Assembly: GCA_030618925.1 (NCBI GenBank)
Contig: JAUXCK010000001.1
Coordinates: 1-29,613, forward strand
Source: Desulfobacteraceae bacterium
GTDB lineage: Bacteria > Desulfobacterota > Desulfobacteria > Desulfobacterales > SURF-7
Direction: 5' to 3'
DNA length: 29,613 nt
Positions 23,888-29,613 of the stretch are shown piece after piece. The notes beneath the pieces were generated by a model that was not told the DNA's origin, searched no databases, and worked only from the letters and a program-made list of their open reading frames with translations. The first letter of the stretch is position 1. Each line of letters starts with the position of its first letter. The translations under genes and the position numbers were made by a program.

Positions 23888-26251
23888 TTACCTCGGCGGG
23901 ACAATGCCTAACGCGATTTTCAATACATCCATCATGTTATCTAAAAAATGAAACTTAATAGAGGTTCGAACATTTTTGGGAATATCTTCCAGGTCTTTTT
24001 TATTCCAGCTCGGGAGAATGAGTATTTTTATTCCGGCGCGATGGGCGGCCAGAACTTTTTCCTTGATACCGCCAACCGGAAGCACCTGTCCCCGTAATGT
24101 TATTTCACCGGTCATGGCCAGTTTGCTGTGAATGGCTTTTCCGGTTAAGAGGGAGGACAATGCGGTCAGCATGGTGACGCCGGCGGAGGGCCCATCTTTC
24201 GGGATGGCCCCGGCCGGCACATGGATATGAATATCCCGGGTACTAAAAAAATTTTCATCAATCCCGATGGCCCCGGCATTCGACCGGATAAAACTCAATG
24301 CGGTGGTTGCAGACTCTTTCATTATATCACCCAGCTGTCCGGTAAGTGTCAGGCCCTTGTTTCCTTTCATGGCAGTGGCTTCAATAAAAAGAAGTTCGCC
24401 CCCCGCCTGGGTCCAGGCGAGTCCCATGGCAACACCCGGTGTCGAGGTTCTTGCAATTTCCTCGGAAGTAAAGCGCTGGGGGCCAAGATATTCAGCAAGA
24501 TGGTCTATGGTGATGGCGATTGATTTTTTCTTTTTTTCTGCGATCTGACTGGCCACGCCACGGCAGATATTGGCGATTTCCCGCTCAAGGTTTCTAAGTC
24601 CGGCCTCCCTTGTGTATCCGGAAATGATACGTCTGACGCTGCCTTTGGTCATTTTTAACTGCCTGGCATTAAGTCCATGCTCTTTTCTCTGGCGTGGAAT
24701 TAAATAACGGTTGGCGATATCGATTTTTTCATCTTCCGTGTATCCGTGGAGCGGCAGGACTTCCATTCTGTCTCTCAGGGCCGGAGGGATTGTATCAAGG
24801 ATATTGGCAGTGGTAATAAACATCACTTTAGACAGGTCAAAGGGGACATCCAGATAATGGTCGGAAAAAGAAAAATTTTGTTCCGGATCAAGCACCTCCA
24901 GGAGGGCGGATGATGGGTCGCCCCGAAAGTCATTGCCGACCTTGTCAATTTCATCAAGCATAAATACCGGATTGTTCGACTCTGTCCGCCGGATTCCTTG
25001 GATAATCCGCCCGGGAAGTGCGCCCACATATGTTCGCCGGTGCCCCCTCACTTCCGCCTCGTCCCTTACCCCGCCCAGGGCCATGCGGGTAAATTTTCTT
25101 CCCAGGGCCCGGGCGATGGAGTGGCCCAGGGAGGTTTTCCCCGTTCCCGGAGGCCCGACAAAACACAGGATCGGTCCCCTTGAATCTGATTTCAGTTTTC
25201 GAACAGCCAGGTATTCGATGATGCGCTTTTTGGCCTTCTCAAGTCCAAAATGATCCTCATCGAGAATTTTACGTGCTTTTTTTATATCCAGGTTATCTTC
25301 CGTGCTGTCGTTCCACGGCAGAGCGGTGATCCAGTCCAGGTAAGTGGATGCAACGGTATATTCGGAAGAAGACGGGTGCATGCGGGAAAGACGATGAAGT
25401 TCCCGTTCCGCTTCTTTCAAGGCTTCTTCAGGAAGGTTTTTCTCGTTGATTTTGGTGCGGTACTCTTCCACCTCGACACTGATTTCATCTGTTTCGCCCA
25501 GTTCTTCCTTGATGGCTTTTAACTGCTGACGCAAATAATATTCTTTTTGTTTTTTGTCCATGTCCCCTTTAACCTGGGTCTGAATTTTGCTTCCCAGTTC
25601 CAGGATCTCGAGCTGGGAGTTCACCAGGCGGGTGACCAGGGTGAGTCTTTTTTTGACATCCTGAATTTCCAGTACTTTCTGTTTTTCAATGACAGGGATA
25701 TTGAGGGTGGATGTAATCATGTCCGCCAGAATTCCGGGCTCTTCAATGGACTTGGCCATGGATCCGATATCCTGCGGCAGACTGGGAGACAGCTTGACAA
25801 TATTGTTATAGAGGTCAAGAAGGTTGGATTTAAGGGCTTTAACCTTCTTGCCAAGCATCCCTTTTTCGGAAATCGGTTTCACATTGGCCTGAAGGTAGGG
25901 TGTGCCGGAAAGGTAGGTGTCTATTTTAAACCGGTTGAGCCCCTGGACCATCAGTTGCGCCCTGTTTTCATCACTTTTTGCCATTTTGAGAATGACAGCA
26001 CTCGTTCCAACCGTATAAAGGTTTTCGGGGTTATATACCCCCTCTTCCGCCCCCTGCGGCTCCTTTGATGAAATGAGACCGATAATACGGTTTGTCTCCA
26101 TTGCATTGTCGATCAATGAGATCGATTCGCTTTCCATCACCACAAGCGGCAGCACCATCTTGGGAAAACAAACAACATCGAACAGGGGAAGTATGGGTAG
26201 AGTCGTTGGTATCGTATCCGGTTGAAAACCCGCTGACAGTTGCTGGTCCAT
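23888..26251 (-). CDS. lon: ATP-dependent protease La
   Basis: LON N-domain, [32 protein letters not shown] (catalytic Ser), VGGIKEK. ATG 26251 follows GGAGG. Confidence 0.97.
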   Translation of the reverse strand: MDQQLSAGFQPDTIPTTLPILPLFDVVCFPKMVLPLVVMESESISLIDNAMETNRIIGLISSKEPQGAEEGVYNPENLYTVGTSAVILKMAKSDENRAQLMVQGLNRFKIDTYLSGTPYLQANVKPISEKGMLGKKVKALKSNLLDLYNNIVKLSPSLPQDIGSMAKSIEEPGILADMITSTLNIPVIEKQKVLEIQDVKKRLTLVTRLVNSQLEILELGSKIQTQVKGDMDKKQKEYYLRQQLKAIKEELGETDEISVEVEEYRTKINEKNLPEEALKEAERELHRLSRMHPSSSEYTVASTYLDWITALPWNDSTEDNLDIKKARKILDEDHFGLEKAKKRIIEYLAVRKLKSDSRGPILCFVGPPGTGKTSLGHSIARALGRKFTRMALGGVRDEAEVRGHRRTYVGALPGRIIQGIRRTESNNPVFMLDEIDKVGNDFRGDPSSALLEVLDPEQNFSFSDHYLDVPFDLSKVMFITTANILDTIPPALRDRMEVLPLHGYTEDEKIDIANRYLIPRQRKEHGLNARQLKMTKGSVRRIISGYTREAGLRNLEREIANICRGVASQIAEKKKKSIAITIDHLAEYLGPQRFTSEEIARTSTPGVAMGLAWTQAGGELLFIEATAMKGNKGLTLTGQLGDIMKESATTALSFIRSNAGAIGIDENFFSTRDIHIHVPAGAIPKDGPSAGVTMLTALSSLLTGKAIHSKLAMTGEITLRGQVLPVGGIKEKVLAAHRAGIKILILPSWNKKDLEDIPKNVRTSIKFHFLDNMMDVLKIALGIVPPR

Positions 26252-26357
26252 GATTACCTCCAAAATAACGAAACGCTTAAATTTGAAATGTCTTATCCGC
26301 AGGGACGAAGAAATTGATTAAAAGCCTTGTTGATGGAAAACCCTTCCAGAAAAATCA

Positions 26358-26801
26358 TTATCCGTCTTGAATGGGTATGGATTGGGTTGTATTTTTCTGC
26401 TTGGCCATTCTGATTTTTAAAAGGCCGTTTGTATAGGTTGCCGTCACACGTTCTGTATCAATGGGGGACGGCAAAAACAGAATACGGTCAAACGGGCCAT
26501 GCTGGATTTCGGCAAGACAGTATCTGGCATTTGCCACAGGCGGGATCCCGCTGCGATTTCCATATATCTTGACCGCTTTTGTATTGATTTCCAGCTCCAG
26601 ATCCTTTTTGTCCACCCCGGCCATTTCGGCCAGAATGAAAATTTCGTCAGGGGTTTCATAAATATCCATCATGGGTTTCCATGAGTGTTCAGAAAATGTG
26701 AACATGGGGCTTATGGAGTGAAACATTTCTTTGATGTTTTTCTCAAATTCAGAACCGGACTCACCCAAATCACTGGAAAACCGAATTTTTATAATATCCA
26801 T
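26358..26801 (-). CDS. Hsp20/alpha-crystallin small heat-shock protein
   Basis: PMMDIYET...AEMAGV...EIQHGPFDR..LP...ATYTNGLLKIRMAK; lies directly upstream of lon. Confidence 0.9.
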   Translation of the reverse strand: MDIIKIRFSSDLGESGSEFEKNIKEMFHSISPMFTFSEHSWKPMMDIYETPDEIFILAEMAGVDKKDLELEINTKAVKIYGNRSGIPPVANARYCLAEIQHGPFDRILFLPSPIDTERVTATYTNGLLKIRMAKQKNTTQSIPIQDG

Positions 26802-26844
26802 TTTTTGACTCCTGCATAGAATATCTGATAAGGTACAATTGAAA

Positions 26845-26873
26845 AATTTAACACCACTGCCGGGGTTTGTAAA
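26845..26873 (-). promoter_or_regulatory. sigma70 promoter of hsp20-lon
   Basis: TTTACA (26873-26868), 17 nt, TAAATT (26850-26845), with a TGn extension. Confidence 0.55.
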
Positions 26874-26924
26874 TACCTTATTCAGAACCTGGCTTATTTA
26901 TTGGAGATATGAGTCTGATTCAGT

Positions 26925-28082
26925 ATGGCTGACATTAAAAAGCACAATTATTCTCCCTTTTTTGTTTTGGGCCCACAATATTTTTTATATTTTGGTGTTC
27001 TCGGGATTTTTTTACCCTATTTCAATCTATACTGCTATCATATTGGATTCAGTGGGTTTCAGATCGGAATTCTATCTGCCGTAAGAACGGTGTCAACGAT
27101 TGTGTTCCCCCTGCTCTGGGGGGCGGCGGCAGACCGGTTTCAGATGAGACGGTCCATATATATTTTCTGTAATGGGATCAGCTCGGTGATCTGGGCGTGT
27201 CTCTTATACACAATCGATTTTAACGCCATGCTCGTGATTTGCATTGTTTACGGCATTTTTTATTCTCCGGTCATATCGTTTCTGGAAGCCATTACCATGG
27301 ATGCGCTGGGCAGGAAAAAAAAACAATATGGCCGAATAAGGGTTTGGGGGTCCATTAATTTTGTTATTATTGTTGTCGTTCTCGGACGGCTTATCGACAT
27401 TTATTCTATTGAAATTATTATTTTGATGATATTGATCGGCTCTTTGCTGCAGGCAATGCTTTCCTTTAGGATTCCGGATGTGGCTGCTGAAAAGGGCACC
27501 CCCTTCATTCCCGGTATCAGGCGGTTTTTGAAGCCTCGCTTGATTATTTTTCTGGGAGGTGCTTTTTTGATGCTGCTGAGCCACGGCACATACTATGGGT
27601 TTTTTTCGATTCATCTCGAAAATTTTGGATATGACAAGACGTTTATCGGTTTCACATGGGCTCTGGCGTCTGTGGCTGAAATTCTGGTGATGATCAAATC
27701 GGACGCCTTATTCAAATATACGTCTATTGAAAAAATTTTGATTTTTTCCTTTGTTGCGGCCGCTTGCCGATGGGGGGTTCTTTTTTTTGCGGAATCGCCC
27801 TGGGTGATCCTTTTTTCGCAGGGGTTGCATGCGTTCACATATGGCACATTTCATATTGCAAGTATTCTGTATATTGACAAACTGATTCCCGCCAGGGCCA
27901 AAACTTTTGGGCAGGCAGTGAACAACGCCGTCTCTTACGGGCTCGGGTTGACCGCCGGTTTTATGTTGAACGGAGTTTTGTTTGAACAGGTCGGCACATC
28001 AAGCCTGTTTCTGATAAGCAGTATGACCGCTGTCCTGGGCGGAGGCCTGCTGGCAGTCAGTTTGATAAAAAGGGACACATAA
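26925..28082 (+). CDS. MFS transporter (MFS_1_like / HcaT-like)
   Basis: About 12 hydrophobic segments, LPYFNLY, WGAAADRF, YGRIRVWGS, YYGFFSIHL, AEILVM. Confidence 0.88.
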   Translation: MADIKKHNYSPFFVLGPQYFLYFGVLGIFLPYFNLYCYHIGFSGFQIGILSAVRTVSTIVFPLLWGAAADRFQMRRSIYIFCNGISSVIWACLLYTIDFNAMLVICIVYGIFYSPVISFLEAITMDALGRKKKQYGRIRVWGSINFVIIVVVLGRLIDIYSIEIIILMILIGSLLQAMLSFRIPDVAAEKGTPFIPGIRRFLKPRLIIFLGGAFLMLLSHGTYYGFFSIHLENFGYDKTFIGFTWALASVAEILVMIKSDALFKYTSIEKILIFSFVAAACRWGVLFFAESPWVILFSQGLHAFTYGTFHIASILYIDKLIPARAKTFGQAVNNAVSYGLGLTAGFMLNGVLFEQVGTSSLFLISSMTAVLGGGLLAVSLIKRDT

Positions 28083-28087
28083 GGTTT

Positions 28088-28119
28088 AAGTTTTGCACCA
28101 ATTCAAGGGTGCGAAACTT
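28088..28119. terminator. Hairpin between convergent MFS gene and clpB
   Basis: AAGTTTTGCACC / GGTGCGAAACTT, 12 bp with one G-U pair, 8-nt loop, weak U tract. Confidence 0.5.
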
Positions 28120-28120
28120 G

Positions 28121-28150
28121 GATTACGATTAAGATTACGATTAGGACTAT
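28121..28150. repeat. Degenerate hexamer repeat GATTAC GATTAA GATTAC GATTAG GACTAT
   Basis: Read directly from the sequence; immediately follows the hairpin. Confidence 0.8.
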
Positions 28151-28222
28151 CTGGCGCCAAAGACAGTGGTTTCGTTGTTCCGAAGCCAAGACACCCATGC
28201 CCTCTGGGCCAGGATCTTTATT

Positions 28223-29613
28223 TTATGGCCGGACACTGAAAACAATTTTATCTTTTTCAACTTCAGCAAGCACCCTCGTTTCCGGTTCAATCGTCCCCTT
28301 CAGGATTTCCATGGAAAGGGGGTTTTCAATATACTGCTGGATTGCGCGTTTTATCGGACGGGCACCAAAGGCGGGGTCGTATCCCTTTTTTGCAAGCAGC
28401 TTTTTAGCATTGTCAGAAATTTCAAGCGATATTTTTTGATCGGACAGTCTTTTTGCCAGCCGTTGAAACTGTATATCGACGATATCAATGATTTGCGCCT
28501 CTGTGAGATTGTGGAAGATGATGGTTTCATCAATCCGGTTTAAAAATTCAGGCTTAAAACTTGCCCGCAGGGCGCTGACCACAGCGGCCTCCATTTCTTC
28601 ACGGTTTGAGGCATCCAGGTCCTGAATAAACTGACTCCCGACATTTGATGTCATAATAATAAGGGTGTTTTTAAAATCTACCGTCCTTCCCTGGCCGTCG
28701 GTCATCCGGCCGTCATCCAGAATCTGCAGCAGCACGTTAAAAACATCTGGATGCGCTTTTTCTATTTCATCAAACAGGAGTACGGCATACGGCCTTCGGC
28801 GGACACTTTCCGTTAGATAGCCGCCCTCTTCATATCCCACATACCCCGGGGGGGCGCCGATCAACCGGGCAACGGAATGCTTCTCCATGTATTCCGTCAT
28901 ATCGATCCTGATGATGGCCTGTTCGTTGTCAAAAATGAATTCTGCCAGTGCTTTTGCAAGTTCGGTTTTTCCAACACCTGTAGGGCCCATAAAGATGAAA
29001 GACCCTATGGGCCGGTTCGGATCCTGCAATCCGGATCGGGCCCGGCGGACTGAATTTGAAACAGCGGATACGGCCTCTTCCTGTCCGATGACCCGCCTGG
29101 CCAGACGGTCTTCCATTTTGATCAGTTTTTCTTTTTCCCCCTCGAGCATTTTCGCTACCGGGATTCCGGTCCAGTGGGAAACAACTTCGGCAATATCTTC
29201 ATCATCTACTTCTTCTTTCAGCATTTTGTTTTCCGACTGAAGTGCCAAAAGATCTTTATTGGCCGTCTCCAGGTGACTATTGAGTTCCGAGATATTTCCG
29301 TATCTGATTTCTGCAACCCTTGCCAGGTCTCCTTCCCGTTCAGCCTGTTGTTCTTCTATGTGCAGTTGTTCAAGTTCTTCCTTGATGGTTCGTATGGTTT
29401 GGATCGTATCCTTCTCATTGGTCCAGTGCGCTTTCATTTCAGTTATCTGTTCATTCATCACAGCCAGTTCATTTTTTATCACGGCCAGCCGTTCTTTTGA
29501 GGAAGGATCCGTCTCTTTTTTTAATGCTTCCCGTTCGATTTCCGTTTGCACGATTTTTCGCTGGATCTCATCAATGTCAGCAGGCATGCTGTCAATTTCG
29601 ATTCTGAGTTTTG
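28223..29613 (-). CDS. clpB: Chaperone ClpB, C-terminal part (5' end outside the window)
   Basis: KLRIEIDSMP.DIDEIQRK, coiled-coil M domain, GPTGVGKT, LIGAPPGYVGYEEGG, FDEIEKAH, FGARP. Frame is open to the window end. Confidence 0.96.
   Translation of the reverse strand, partial: KLRIEIDSMPADIDEIQRKIVQTEIEREALKKETDPSSKERLAVIKNELAVMNEQITEMKAHWTNEKDTIQTIRTIKEELEQLHIEEQQAEREGDLARVAEIRYGNISELNSHLETANKDLLALQSENKMLKEEVDDEDIAEVVSHWTGIPVAKMLEGEKEKLIKMEDRLARRVIGQEEAVSAVSNSVRRARSGLQDPNRPIGSFIFMGPTGVGKTELAKALAEFIFDNEQAIIRIDMTEYMEKHSVARLIGAPPGYVGYEEGGYLTESVRRRPYAVLLFDEIEKAHPDVFNVLLQILDDGRMTDGQGRTVDFKNTLIIMTSNVGSQFIQDLDASNREEMEAAVVSALRASFKPEFLNRIDETIIFHNLTEAQIIDIVDIQFQRLAKRLSDQKISLEISDNAKKLLAKKGYDPAFGARPIKRAIQQYIENPLSMEILKGTIEPETRVLAEVEKDKIVFSVRP

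Noticed and set aside
26802-26924. CIRCE or sigma32 elements upstream of hsp20-lon
   Set aside because: No TTAGCACTC-N9-GAGTGCTAA and no CTTGAA...CCCCAT pair found.

Overview
This is gene-dense chromosomal DNA from a dissimilatory sulfate or sulfite reducer, most likely Desulfobacterota/Desulfobacterales (taxonomy inferred from the DsrAB/DsrD sequences). Left to right: the 5' end of dnaN; an AT-rich gap with DnaA-box-like 9-mers but no adjacent dnaA; an OmpA-domain protein; an apparently split rdgC gene pair; an EndoQ(PHP)-UvrD fusion ending in a beta-clamp motif (QLDLF); slt; a DHH/DHHA1 phosphoesterase; a degenerate PilZ protein; ilvE; a YkgJ-family Cys-cluster protein; dapA; a TPR protein with a kinase-fold protein whose catalytic residues are replaced; dsrABDN; a tetraheme cytochrome c3; an hsp20-lon-rlpA-gmhB-recD2 run on the minus strand; an MFS transporter; and the 3' part of clpB. 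I found no tRNA, rRNA, CRISPR array or transposase. The strongest leads are (1) a possible clamp-coupled EndoQ-helicase repair module next to split RdgC and dnaN, and (2) a TPR/pseudokinase pair directly upstream of dsrAB. All family assignments come from motif recognition by eye; no database search was run.
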